From Malacoraja senta (lineage: Eukaryota): a DNA stretch of 64,000 bases. Shown here in pieces: positions 52,099 to 64,000 of the stretch. The stretch is taken from the NCBI GenBank assembly GCA_038087875.1, contig CM075991.1:10294001-10358000 (forward strand). Reading direction: 5' to 3'. The position numbers were made by a program, and so were the translations under genes. Positions within the stretch are counted from its first letter, which is position 1. Each line of letters begins with the position of its first letter. The notes beneath the pieces were generated by a model that saw nothing but the letters and a program-made list of their open reading frames with translations, was not told where the DNA came from and ran no database searches.

Positions 52099-53747
52099 AT
52101 TGCTCTTATATCTGTTGTGTGTATAATCATTCCAACCACAATGAGATGTAGTCCATACATTTTTAAACGGTCCAATTCTACCCTTCCTTTCTTAATTATT
52201 AACATATATTAGTGGTATTAAAAGATTATTAACATTTTGGCAAACTCATCTACCAAAATTTTTGGCCCAAGCTCATTTTCATCAGTTGAACGAATTAGGG
52301 ATTTTGTGATCGTGCACCGTCAGAAATGAAATTACTTCTGCTTTCTGTATTCGGCAGTAATACTTATATCAGATTTAGATCGTCACGTTAAAACATTAGA
52401 AATTAGAATTAAATATTACACCTTATTTTTTGAAAGAAAAAAAGAATAGTCATAGCAGTTATGAATGTATATCTTGGATCCCAATTAAAAACAAAGAAAT
52501 GAAAAATGGTCAAACATTAAAGGTATTCTCTAAATGCCCATGGCTTCTCAACAGAATTACTGAGCTAAAATACTCAGAAGACAATCTCAGTTTAAATATG
52601 CCTTTTGTAATTGCCTCATTAAAAAAAAAACAGCCAATACACTTGGGGCAGCCACTTAGACCAATAACATAAAAACTGAACTAAAATTCACTTGGAAGTG
52701 TTGAACGATGATGGACAGGGTATGAATGAACCCACACTCTGTCCAGCTCACCAATTCCTTCAAGAATTCTTCACTGGTTAATTTTCTGGAAGAATAAAAC
52801 CATGCCACTGATATATTGTCAATGGTTGTGTGTAAACACATTTATTTTTATTTTTATATAAACAGGTTTGAAAATTGTTTTACCATGGAATGAGGTTTCA
52901 TTGATAGGAATCTTTTTCCGCTGCAAATTTATTTTACATTTAGTATTTATTTTATTTTTTACTTTTTAAGCGTTTCCCATTGCAGCTCCTGTTTAATTTT
53001 CCTGTAGCATCCTGCACCAATTTGCCGGAGGGAGATTGCTCAGCCAAAGCTGCTCTGCACCAAACCCTTGGGAGATACACAGGTGCAGTCCAGGGTGACT
53101 CGCACTCCCGTTTTTAATTTCAAGGAGCAGATGCTCCAACTCACCAGCCTGCACAGACAAGATCAGAAAAGTACCGCATGACGAACTTGTGTGTGGAACA
53201 AAGGTTTCTGCTTTGGCACCTGAAGTTTAAAAATAACCTGACCGACAAAGCTGTTATTATCTGTAATGTTTGAAGGGCCTCTGTAGTTCTGTTAAATAAA
53301 GTGGCTTCCTCCTGAGACATTTACTACATCAATAAGTTTACGGTGCCAGAATATTTCCACGTGATAAGGACGACAACCATTTCAGGTCCTTGGGTCACCA
53401 CCAATCCCTTCCCCACTAATATTCCCTGCAACCTATTCTCCCACATTCCCTTCAACTCTGTCGCCCACTCCCCCAACATGTCCCGGGTTTCCACCATCCA
53501 TCTGGATGTGGAGGGTAATTTACAATGCTCCTATGTCTTTGTGATAAAACCAGAATACCCAGAGGAAACTCATACAGTCACAGGAAGAGCATGCAAACTT
53601 CACAAAGACAGCATTGGACATCAGGATAAAATCCAGGTCACTGGAGCTGTGATGTAGCAGCTCTACTATCTGCATCATAATGATGCCCCATTATTTTCAC
53701 TACCGATGCTAAAATAGCCACATGTACATACTGGTCATTTGATTTAC

Positions 53748-54040
53748 GGTGGCACAGTGGTAGAGCTGCTGCTTCACAGCACTAGAGACACGAGTTCAAT
53801 CCTGTCTATGGGTGCTGTCAGTGCAGAGTTTGTACGTTCCTCCGGTGACCGCATGGGTTTTCAGTGGATGCTCGGTTTCTTACCGAAGATGTGCGGGTTT
53901 GTAGGTTAATCGGCTTCCGTAAATTGCCTCTACAGTGTGGGATGCAAAAGTGGGATAACATAGAACTAGTGTATGGGTGATCAATGGCGGGCGTAGACTC
54001 GGTGGGCTGAAGGGCCTGTTTCCACACCGTATCTCTAAAA
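53748..54040 (+). mobile_element. HE1-like V-SINE
   Basis: Same architecture. Confidence 0.8.
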
Positions 54041-54829
54041 TTAAAAATCAATGACAATTTATGAAAGTGCAGGAGATAATTTTGAAATCGCAATTAAATT
54101 GTACATGATGTACTTCAAAATAAATTATAAACCAGTAAAAGTCCATCTGGAATACAACATGCACTGGTGAAACAGAGATCAAACAGAATCTTGATTTGAG
54201 TTAAAGCGAGGCCAAACATACCTTATTCGGGCTCTTATCTATTTGGTAAGAACTGCACTCAATGTGTGTCTCATTTTTACAAGCCAGGATATAAGGCAGC
54301 CAAAGTAATCTTCCCCCAGACTGTCATTTTTTACCAAGCTTGATAGCCACAAAAAAAAACTGTGCCAAAATGATCCATGGTGAATCTAGCTCCAATTTTC
54401 CACACTGATGAATGGATTTTTGGAGAGACAGTACGTTTGTCAGGCATGGCATCACATTGGAAAGTGTGACTGACTTTGTCGCTGATTGCATTGCATTGCA
54501 TGGGAATTGCAATTGTTGTTCAGTGTGGTGGCTGGGATCAGGATAATTGGTACTTAAGATAGGAACAATATATGAGCAATGGCCAATATCCAATGTGTTG
54601 ACTGGTGCAAGCTTCAGTGATTTCCAGCTTGTGCTTCAACAGCGATACCGAAGACACATTTATTGCAATGAAATAATGCTTACATCTGGAAATATTGGAT
54701 ATTTTAATAAATTCACAATAAGGATAAATACAAATAAAAACTGATAAAGGAGAAAAAAAGGAACAAAATTAAAATTTGCCTTAATTTGACAACCTCTACA
54801 GACACAGGATGACCCTACGTTCCTCACAG

Positions 54830-55116
54830 CTTAGTTTAGAGATACAGCGCTGAAACTTGCCCTTCGGCCCACCGTGTACGCGCTTGTCCACTATCCTACA
54901 CACTCCAAGGGACAATTTACAATTATACTAAACCAATTAAACTCCAAGCCGGTAGGTCTTTGGAGTGTGGGAGGACACCGGAGATCCCGGAGAAAACCAA
55001 CGCAGGTCACGGGGAGAACGTACAAACTGCGTACAGACAGCACCCGTAGTTAGGATCGAACCCGGGTCTCTGGTGCTGTAAGGCAGCAACTCTACCGCTG
55101 CGCCATCGTGCCGCCC
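54830..55116 (-). mobile_element. HE1-like V-SINE
   Basis: Reverse complement; forms an inverted pair with 53748-54040. Confidence 0.82.
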
Positions 55117-55649
55117 TTTGTTTATCTAGAGAACTTGTTAATAAATATATACGCCATACCCAATGTATTTAATGTATTTTTGATGTACACGTCCCCATTG
55201 TTGAAAAGACAAACGCGGTAACCAATTTGCCCAAAGCAAGGTCCCAAATGCTATAAGGTCATAAGTGATAGGAGCAGAATTAGGCCATTCAGCCCATCAA
55301 GTCTACTCCGCCATTCAATCATGACGGATCTATCTCTCCTTCCTAACCCCATTCTCCTGCCTTCTCCCTGTAACCGCTGACACCCGTACTAATCAAGAAT
55401 CTATCTATCTCCGCCATTTTAAAAATCCATTGACAGCCTCCACAGCCTTCTGTGGCAAAGAATTCTACAGATTCACCACCCTCTGACTAAAGAAATTCCT
55501 CCTCATCTCCTTCCTAAACAAAAGTCCTTTAATTCTGAGGCTATGACCTCTGGTTCTAGACTCTCCCACAAATGGAAACATCCTCTCCACGTCCACTTTA
55601 TCCCAGCCTTTTACAATTGCTGCTGTGTTGGCCAAGTCAATGGATAAGC

Positions 55650-55835
55650 AACAGAAATTTTGGAGGGAAGGAATGGGTGACATTTCGGGTCGAGACCCTT
55701 CTTCAGACTGAAGAAAGGTCTCGACCCGAATCGTCACCCATTCCTTCTGTCCAGAGATGCTGCCTCACCCGCAGAGTTTCTCCAGCATTCTGTGTCTACC
55801 TTCGATTTTAACCAGCACCTGCAGTTCTTTCTTAC
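55650..55835. mobile_element. Inverted Penelope pLTR pair
   Basis: TTTCGGGTCGAGACCCTTCTTCAGACTGAAGAAAGGTCTCGACCCGAA palindromic centre plus pLTR body. Further copies at ~7338, 22321, 23474, 26640, 32683, 50075, 50560 and 60484. Confidence 0.78.
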
Positions 55836-56973
55836 ACCGTACCATAAATTTTGTTATGTACTATTGGGAGAGTTCCACCATTATTCAAATAATGTCACGG
55901 GAATTTTTGCATTCCATTGAGCAGGCAGATGGGGCGTCAACTTAATGTCTCAGCCGCACGGCATAAAACAAGACATTCGACACTAATTTTGGGCATGACA
56001 AGCCAATTATTGTGTAAATGCTCTATAACATTTCAACGGCGTGATGTGGTGCTAATGCAAGATACTAACTGTTCACCTGATTCAAATTATGAGTGAGATT
56101 GTGGCAGAAGCAGAGATTGCTGTTCATTTAATTATCACTTCCACATAATATGTGAAAGGTGGATTAATTTTCTTTTGAGTTCAGGAATCAAGATTGCTTA
56201 CAGTCACAGGCCACCCTGTTAAATGTACTCAGTCTAACCGAGTGAGGAAACAGCATCTACCGTTCTCAGAGCACAGGTTAAATAGTACAACTCCCACCTC
56301 TGGTCAAACCTCACTCTAAAGGGGCAGGTCACAGAGTTTAAAGAGCTACTGCTGTGATCAGAGTTCAATGTTTCACAGTTCCTCTCCACTAAAGCAGTGA
56401 CAGGAAAATACTGCATGTAACTGTCTGTGGCTATCTGCACAGAAGAGAATGATTAACCCTGGTTTTGACCCATAGAACAAAAACACTAATGTGCCTTTGC
56501 CCGAGACACTACTTAAAGCTGATCTACAGTAATTCATACATGTAAAAGTGGAGGCTTTCCTCAAATTCAACGAAGCAAGCCACCACCCCACACGCATTTC
56601 CTATTACAGCTCATGCCGTGAGTGACAGTGGGAAAACATGCACTGGAACAAGCCCAAAATAATTATTTTGTTTGGTCACAAGATTACATTTGTTTTTCTC
56701 AAGTCCACATTGGCAGAATCACTCACATTAACCAGTCCTTGGCAGAGTCGAGCTTACTGTGCGCAACAAATATTCCAAGAGGAAAATATGTTACAAATTT
56801 AATGATGGGGGGGGGGGGGGGGTTAAACACTGAAGGGAACACCAGTGTGGAAAACTAAAAAAACAACAATATTCAGTGTGGGTACATCTGGGCAGATGTT
56901 GGAGAGAGAGATGGCAGAGGTTTCAATCTGTGGGTAGAGGATGTCAGAGCAAAATCAGAGGGATAAGTCATTA

Positions 56974-57163
56974 CAGCTGCTCCTCAACCTACGATGTGGT
57001 TACGTTTCGGTAAACCGAAAATATCGCAAGTCGAAAACGGATTTAATACATTGCGATCACAGAAGTGACGTGCAGCTCGCTGCCGCTGCCGTTGCCCAGC
57101 GTTTGCCGATCGTAAAGTCGAAATATCGCATGTCGAAGCATCGTAAATCGGGGAGCACCTCTG
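56974..57163. mobile_element. Tigger/pogo-like (Tc1-mariner superfamily) MITE
   Basis: TA|CAG...CTG|TA ends, imperfect TIRs, repeated CG(T/C)AAGTCGAA motifs typical of Tigger-derived MITEs. Confidence 0.75.
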
Positions 57164-58337
57164 TACAAGACTCAGAATCTGTGGGTAGGCGTTCCAAGTG
57201 TCACATGGAATGTGGATATCTTCATTGGGGAAACAAAGACTCTGAAGAAGTTTGAAGGAGGCTCCCTACCCAAAACATTACCAGTCCATTCCCTCCCGAG
57301 ATGCTTCCTGATTTGCCGAGTTCCTCCAGCACTTAGTGAATTTCCACATCATGGCGGACAGGGAGGGCGAGGAAGAATATAAACAACAGGATGAAGCAGG
57401 CAGTTTAGTTCCAGAGCGAATTTGCAGCCAGCACAATGGGCTGAATGAACTCTTCCTGTGGAATAAACTCCTCCTGCGACATAAATGTTCTAATTTTCTA
57501 TGATGCGTGTTAGCAGGATGATCTCCTTGGACAAGTCGGGTGCAAACAGGTTAAAAGGTCCAGGCAGGCCGAGTAACAAGGGACAGTGACAGTGGCTTGT
57601 GCATCTTAGTAATATTAATATCTGGAGATATGTCTGGAACTGGGGATAAACAGTCACTGGCTCTAGCAGTCTTAAAAAAGGGGGAATAAGAATATCAAAG
57701 GGGTTTTGGGAGTATTCTATTCCCCTGGATTTGTGAAAACACTAATATGTAACAGAGCCTTGGGCAGAGCAGAATATAAAGAATCATGTCTCAGTCTATG
57801 GTGCCCCTGGGAATTTGCAGAGCAAAACAAGCTTGTCTGGCGTCAGTCGGTCACACCCATGACCTCCACCTGAACTGGAAGAGCAGGAGGGCGTATCTAT
57901 TCATCTGGATTTATTTCCTGAAAGTTTTGCTCAGTCGATTAAACAACACACAAGAGCAGCGATCCGTGTATGGTAGCTGCTCGATGGCCCACTCAGGAGT
58001 CTAAACAGCGTGTGCCTTTCTTGAAACCCTTTTGAATGGAGCAATTAAACATGGAGCCACCAACCCGGCCATGTCTGAGGCTTGAGATCGTCAACTGCAA
58101 TTTGAATACAAGTGTGAAGTGCAAGTTACTATTATAAAACATAACCACAATTTAAAATGGCATCCATCACATGTCAAAAGGGACCACCACCCTCTGCTTT
58201 AATCTAGCTTGGTGCTTGATACAAGCTTTTCTAAATCTAGGATACTCTCAATCATGTGGATAGTCTCAGGGTAACTATCTGAATGGTCTTCAACCACTAA
58301 CGGATCAGGAATCTTGAGCTGGTATCTTAATGTAACA

Positions 58338-58745
58338 GTGCGGCACAGTGACGTAGTGGTAGAGTTGCTGCCTTACAGCGCAAGAGACCTGGGTTCGATA
58401 CTGACTACGGGTGCTGTCTGTTCGTTCTCCCGGTGACCGCACAGGTTTTCTCCAGGTACTCCAGTTTCCTCCCACATTCTAAACATGTACAGGTTTGTAA
58501 GTAAGTACATTTTATTTATATAGCACGTTTAAATCAACTCACGTTGAAACCAAAGTGCTTTACATAAAAGAAATAATAAAAAGAAATAATATTTTCATAC
58601 ATCCATAGAAAAATAAAAAATGTGTAAGTTAATTGACCTGTAAATTGTCCCTAGTGTGTAGGATAGTATTAGTGGACGGGGTGATCGCTGGTCGGCATGG
58701 ACTCGGTGGGCCAAAGAGTCTGTTTCTACGCTGTATTTCGAAAAT
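58338..58745 (+). mobile_element. HE1-like V-SINE interrupted by a minus-strand L2-type 3' end (~58502-58622)
   Basis: SINE resumes after TTTATTTATATAGCAC..CAAAGTGCTTTACA insert; TGTAAGT is repeated at the junctions. Confidence 0.75.
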
Positions 58746-59489
58746 CTAAATCCAAAGAAATCATCAGAATGAGGCGATTCCACGTGGCTGGGACAAACCA
58801 AAGCCTGGTTTGTCCCAGCCACATTTTTCCAACATAAACTGATTCTGGGAGCCTGGTTAGTGATTGGTTTCAGCCACTAGTTACACGAACAGCAGTGCAC
58901 GGTAACATATTATGTATTTGATGCACAACTTCCCCACGATAAACAACAGGCGTGAAACAAAATAAAAAAATGCTGGAAAAACTCGGCATGTCAGGCAGCA
59001 TCTGTGGAAAGACAAACAACATATCAATTGATTCCGATTTCTGTCTAGTTTATTTCATTTTCAGACAAGCATTACTCCAGTTTACATCCGTTTATATGAA
59101 GCTGTTAGATGCTTCAAACCAGGCAAAATGGTGCTTATGGCCTTTACCTGTCCTGCTTTCGCCTCTCGATGACTACTTATAATCACCCATTTTCCCGTTT
59201 TGTTTCTTTCTCACCGATATGCAGATGCTCCACAAACATTCATTTTGCTTTCCATGATTTTCCAGTTAAGCAAAGCGCTGGTATTCTTGGAACTGAGATA
59301 ATCATGATCTCATGGATGAGGCTGCCGCCAGGTGCATGAGTTGGTTGGTGAAACCAATCCCAGATGTTTCTCCAAGTTTCATGTTTTATGGACTGACATG
59401 CAACAGCTTCATCGGTTACTATCAAGCTAGAAGCTGGTGTTGCACACATTGTCACAGATAAATTCCACAACAACACCATCATCATCCTC

Positions 59490-60040
59490 CCTCAATGACA
59501 GGGATGCGATTTTTTCCAGTATCGTATCTCCGTCCCCACTGCGGCCTAACATCGCGGAGTGGCGCGGCCTTCCCTGGAGACCGACCCGGCACTCCAAGCT
59601 GCAATAGTCTGCGGGACTTTAACATCGCGGAGCTTGTGATCCCTTTGCCGGGGATTGAAGCTCCAACCGCGGGGCCCGTGGACGTTAACATCGTGAAGTC
59701 TGCGGCCTCTGGTAAGAAGAGGCCGACTCGGGAACTCCATATTTCCACCACCCTGACGCGGGAGTTCCGATCACCCCGACGGGGCTTCGATCGTTGGTTG
59801 CGGGGGCTTTGATGGCCCCGACTGCGGATGGCTTGACTGCCCCGACCACTGGAGAGCAAAGAGGAAGAAGATTGAACTTTATTGCCTTCCATCACAGCGA
59901 GGAATGTGGAATCCACTGTGATGGATGTTTATGTTAACTTTTGTGTGATTGTGCGTTGTTGCTTTTCACTTAGTTTAGCAACTCAAATTTCACTGTACCT
60001 TAATTGGTACATGTGACAATAAACTGACCTTGAAACCTTG
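59490..60040 (+). repeat. CpG-rich retro-repeat with Rex1-type tail and internal TAACATCG(C/T)G subrepeats
   Basis: Related copies at 12590-13105 (-), 21860-22190 (+), 11470-11645 (-) and possibly 62100-62560 (-); GCCTTCC..CACAG(T/C)G motif and TGACAATAAA-type tail. Confidence 0.65.
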
Positions 60041-60779
60041 TAACCTGGATCATACAGGCCATGCTGCTGATTTAGTTCATAGCCCTCCTGCTGCTGAATC
60101 ACAAACCTTTGGCTTAAACCTACAACCAGGATTTAAAGAGCTAGTGCAGCCTTGCATAACCTCAGTCTATTTTAAACTGACAGGACAAGCACATTCCAGG
60201 GTACATAATGCATTTTAAAATTCTTTCAGAAACAACTTTGTAGATTAATTGGCTTCAGTAAATTGTCCCTAGTGTGCAGGATAGAACTAGTGAATGGGTG
60301 GCTGCCGCTCAATGCAGTCAGTGGGACAAAGGGCATGTTTCCACGCTGTAAAAATCAACTCTCACTATTCTAAGCTATTCCAGAAAGGGAAAGTTATTAT
60401 TTATTCATGGCACCATCCTCTCATCCCCAAAATTAATCTGGTAAAACCACAAATCCTTCCTCAAATAAGGAAAACCAAACCTTATCTGAAGAAGGGTCTC
60501 GACCCAAAAGGTCAACTATTCCTTTTCTCCAGAGACTCTGTCTGACCCACTGAGTTACTGCAGCGTTTTGTGTCTATCTTCAAACCAAACCATGTCAAAT
60601 GGTTGCAACAAAGCTCTATCACCATGGCAAGAATTCCACACTCTCGCACCCCGTCCCTCTTTACAATAATGGGATGGTAATGTTTCCACATGCAGTGACA
60701 GGTTAAGAGTTTTCCCCAACAAGCATACATGGCACCATCCTCAGCCATTTTACAAGGTATCAGATTAAACAATATTGAG

Positions 60780-61179
60780 CAAAGATCCTATAGCACGCAA
60801 GATAGATGACTCGACGAAAAAGACGTAGTACGGTCATGGGCAGATTTATGGGTAATTTTCGGCCCCATTTCCGTAACCGGCTTCCGTCTCCGCACCAAAG
60901 ATCCCATAGCGGAGCAAAGATACGAGTGCGGAGACGGAAGCCGGTTACGGAAACATCCTCGTAAAAATAAGTCATTTGGGAAAAATCTTCTCCTCATTTT
61001 CAGAATTATAATTTATTAACACAAACTGTTCCCCCGCAACGTTGATTACACTGCGAGTCGGGTCGGGTCGGGTCACTGAAATGGTGCAAAAAAGGCCCAC
61101 GTTCTGCTCCGTTGCGTACTACACGTCAGCCCATTACATTTAGAAGGAGTGGTCTATCTTGCTTGCTATAGGATCTTTG
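60780..61179. mobile_element. hAT-like MITE, 400 bp
   Basis: TIRs CAAAGATCCTATAGC..GCAAGATAGA / TCTATCTTGC..GCTATAGGATCTTTG; perfect 8-bp TSD ATATTGAG (60772-60779, 61180-61187). Confidence 0.88.
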
Positions 61180-63791
61180 ATATTGAGATGGCTCTTTGCA
61201 AACCCGCTTGTTTTCCAGTTGGGTACGAAATAGAATCGGCAGAAGCCTGGGAGCATGCTGTCTGCCTCTTCTCACGGCTGATAAATGGGAGGCCTAAAAG
61301 CAAGGAAAAACACACTTGAAAAATGTGAGTGTAGAAATTCAAATTACCTTGGGCCTCAAGAATTTGTCAAATTGGAAAACCCAGCAGTTAGTAATAAAAT
61401 CAGTTGGAACTGCAGATGGATGTTGTACATAACCTATGCCGCACAGCTAAATATCCCAACAGCTATGATTATTTAATCTATTTTTTCTTTGTTCAGTGAA
61501 GTAGGAACGAAGCTGTTCAACACAGTGCAGATGCTAACGTATCAAGTCGACTTGGACTTCAAACATCTTCCCCTGTTGAATGAGTACCACATTAGCAATA
61601 TACAAAATTATCATGGTAATTAGTCTTACGTAATGGATAAAACTGCCTGGTTTTCTATCAACATATTCTACCTATTCTGACACCCAAACTACAAAACAAA
61701 TTATGTTGATCACATCTGAAATAGATGATGTAGGAACTTTTACAGACCAGAATGACTCAAGGCATTTGGTGGGAGGGAAAATGTCCAAAGGCACACAATA
61801 AGATTAAAATCTGAAGTGAATGGAGCTTAAACTGTTTATGAAAAGTGATTGTTGATGTGTCAAAGGCATGGATGAAAATTTCAAGAGAGGTAGAGAAATA
61901 TGGTTAGGTGACATTAAAAAAGGAAAACCATTTTAGTAATAGGTTGGACATTTGGACAGGTACTTGGATCTGAAAGGTTTAGTGGGATACAGGCCAAACG
62001 CAGGCTGGTAGGACGAGTGTAGATGGGGCATCTTGGTCAGCCTGGGCAAGTTGAGGCGAAGGGCCTGTTTCCACATTGTATCACTCTATAATGGTGCAAT
62101 GGTTCTTTATTGTCACAGTGAAATTATTTTTGCATAGCGCACACATGCACAAGTCCACATATTTAGGTGCAATTTACAAAAAGTCCAAAGTCCGGTCTAC
62201 GTGCTTGATGTATGAGAGCGGTTCTCAATCCAGGTAAGTCCCGGCCCATTGCAGGTCCTGCTCCGCTCGGCCTGCGAATCGACGTCCCTCTCCTCGCCTG
62301 GCTGCTGTTGTGGGGGCACCTCCTGCAGCTGACCCTGAGGTCGCTGGCCCCTCTCCTACCGACCAACTCCTTTGGTCCGTCGTGCCAGCGTCTCTCTCCT
62401 CGACTCTCGGGGCTTCGAGGCTGAGCTCAGTGGCCTCCCAGCTTGCCCTCTTGCAGGTAGCTGCCCACCGGGTCAATCTTCCGCAGCAGCCCGCCGGATC
62501 CTTCTTCGCGACTCCTCACGGGAGCGTTCTACCACTGCGGAAGCGCGTCCTGGGAGCCTTCTCTAAGTGTTATGTGTAGAAAGAATTTCTTAAGAATGAC
62601 ATTGGGGAGCAGGGAAGGGGTGGGAGGACGGGGCCAAGAATAAAACCTTCAAAGATTCTGAGACACTCGGATCTGTGATCACTGGAGGGGCAGTGAGGGA
62701 GAGAGGCCAAAATCCTCACTGCCAGGGAGATTCACCAAAACAAAGTCAGTGCTAGGTCAGAGCACTGCAGGTTACAGCAAGACCATGGGTGGGATATGGA
62801 TAGAAGATTTTGAAGCCTCTGAGCAATTGAGGAAAGAAAATTAGGTTTGAGGAAAGAAAATAAGCAAGGAACAGTATGATACAACACCAAATACAGGATG
62901 CATTCAGTCCAGAGAATTATGCAAAAGTTAAAATCTGACGTGAATGGAGCTTAAAACTGCTTCTGAAAAACTGATTGACAAAGGCATAGGAGAGAGGGAG
63001 ATATGCAGTTGAGTGACACTGCAAAGTAAAAAGCATTTTTGATAATAGATTGGACGTAATATTGATCTGCAAGCTCAAGGTCAGGCAGGAAATTGAGTCT
63101 GTACATCTGAAAATAGGTAACATGAAGCTTTGGTTCAGAAAAATCATTGCCACAACCTCAAAACAATGACAGCTGTAGTGCTATTAAATTGATAGACCTG
63201 ATCATACTGGCTGCAACCAACAAAAATCAGATTTTTTAAATCTTGATTTTTTTTTTGAACTCAACTTAAATCTGCTGCAGCATCAGATTTAAATTGTCAA
63301 TCCCCATGTTTACCAATTTTCCTAATGTCATTTTATACAAAATCTAAAACCTCACAGTTCACCAAAGCGTCAGCTGCGCTTCATTAGCAGCACTGCTGCA
63401 GGTTTAAGACTGTGCATGATAAGTTTCTGATCTCAATCAGGTTGCCACATCAGTTTACAATAGATGACCACGTCATTCTCAATCTTTCCACTTCCGTACT
63501 CATTTCAGGACAACATACTCATCTTTCTGCTTTGTATTTTATCTAGTTTCTCATCTCTCAATTCTGTACACAACTACTTAATATGTCATCGAGCTCCGCG
63601 ATCTACCCGAGTGAACCAAAACAGCCCGATTCAAACTTTAGATTAGTTTTAGGTTATTGTCATATGTACGGAGGTACAGTGAGAAGCTTTTGCTGCGTGC
63701 GATCCAGTCAGCAGATAAAACAATACATGATTACAATCGAGCCATTTACAGTGTATGGATACATAAGGGAATTATGTTTAGTGCAAAGTAA

Positions 63792-63974
63792 AGGGCCCGT
63801 CCCACTTTCACGAGGTGATTCACGAATTCTCCCGAGTTTTCCCCTGATTCAAACTCGCAGAATGTTCGTAACGAGACCGTAGGAGTTCGTAGATATATCG
63901 TAGCGGCTTGTTATGCTAGCCGTAGGTACTCGTGGCATCGGGACGTTTTTTCCAGTGAAAGTGGGACAGGCCCT
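63792..63974. mobile_element. PIF/Harbinger-like MITE nested in a Rex1 3' fragment
   Basis: AGGGCCCGTCCCACTTTCAC / GTGAAAGTGGGACAGGCCCT, TAA/TTA flanks. Confidence 0.85.
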
Positions 63975-64000
63975 TTAAGCCAGCAAAGTCCAATCAAGGA

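Noticed and set aside
37281..64000. First coding exon of KAT6A (MVKLANPLY.. NEMM domain) or a nested gene
   Set aside because: No such ORF in the track or by eye; the region reads as one long intron.

Overview
Eukaryotic, repeat-rich vertebrate DNA. The repeat families (HE1/V-SINEs, HER1/CR1 LINEs, Penelope pLTRs) suggest a cartilaginous fish, probably a skate or ray (inference). The window lies inside one minus-strand gene, the histone acetyltransferase KAT6A (MOZ/MYST3). I spliced seven consecutive coding exons by hand (37172-37280, 32949-33064, 29126-29207, 25593-25725, 21434-21753, 18873-18991, 4103-4218). All have GT-AG boundaries and compatible phases. They correspond to human exons 3-9: double PHD finger, linker and start of the MYST domain. 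The first coding exon and exon 10 onward were not found and presumably lie outside the window. The introns hold about 20 Penelope-like pLTR pieces with minimal hammerhead-ribozyme cores (often as inverted pairs with TSDs), eight Harbinger-like MITEs, a hAT MITE, a Tigger-like MITE, a dead Tc1 transposase, CR1, Rex1, RTE and Hero LINE fragments, V-SINEs and an AFC-like CORE SINE. There is a 200-N gap at 42323-42522. Best leads: (1) an in-phase distal splice donor that would extend exon 7 by 180 codons, paralleling KAT6B/MORF isoforms; (2) a candidate 39-nt frame-preserving cassette exon; (3) hammerhead cores, some in the sense of the KAT6A pre-mRNA; (4) a young teleost-like SINE. I found no prokaryotic system or CRISPR array and cannot support a wholly new biological system. 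Family assignments and comparisons with human genes are from memory, not from searches.
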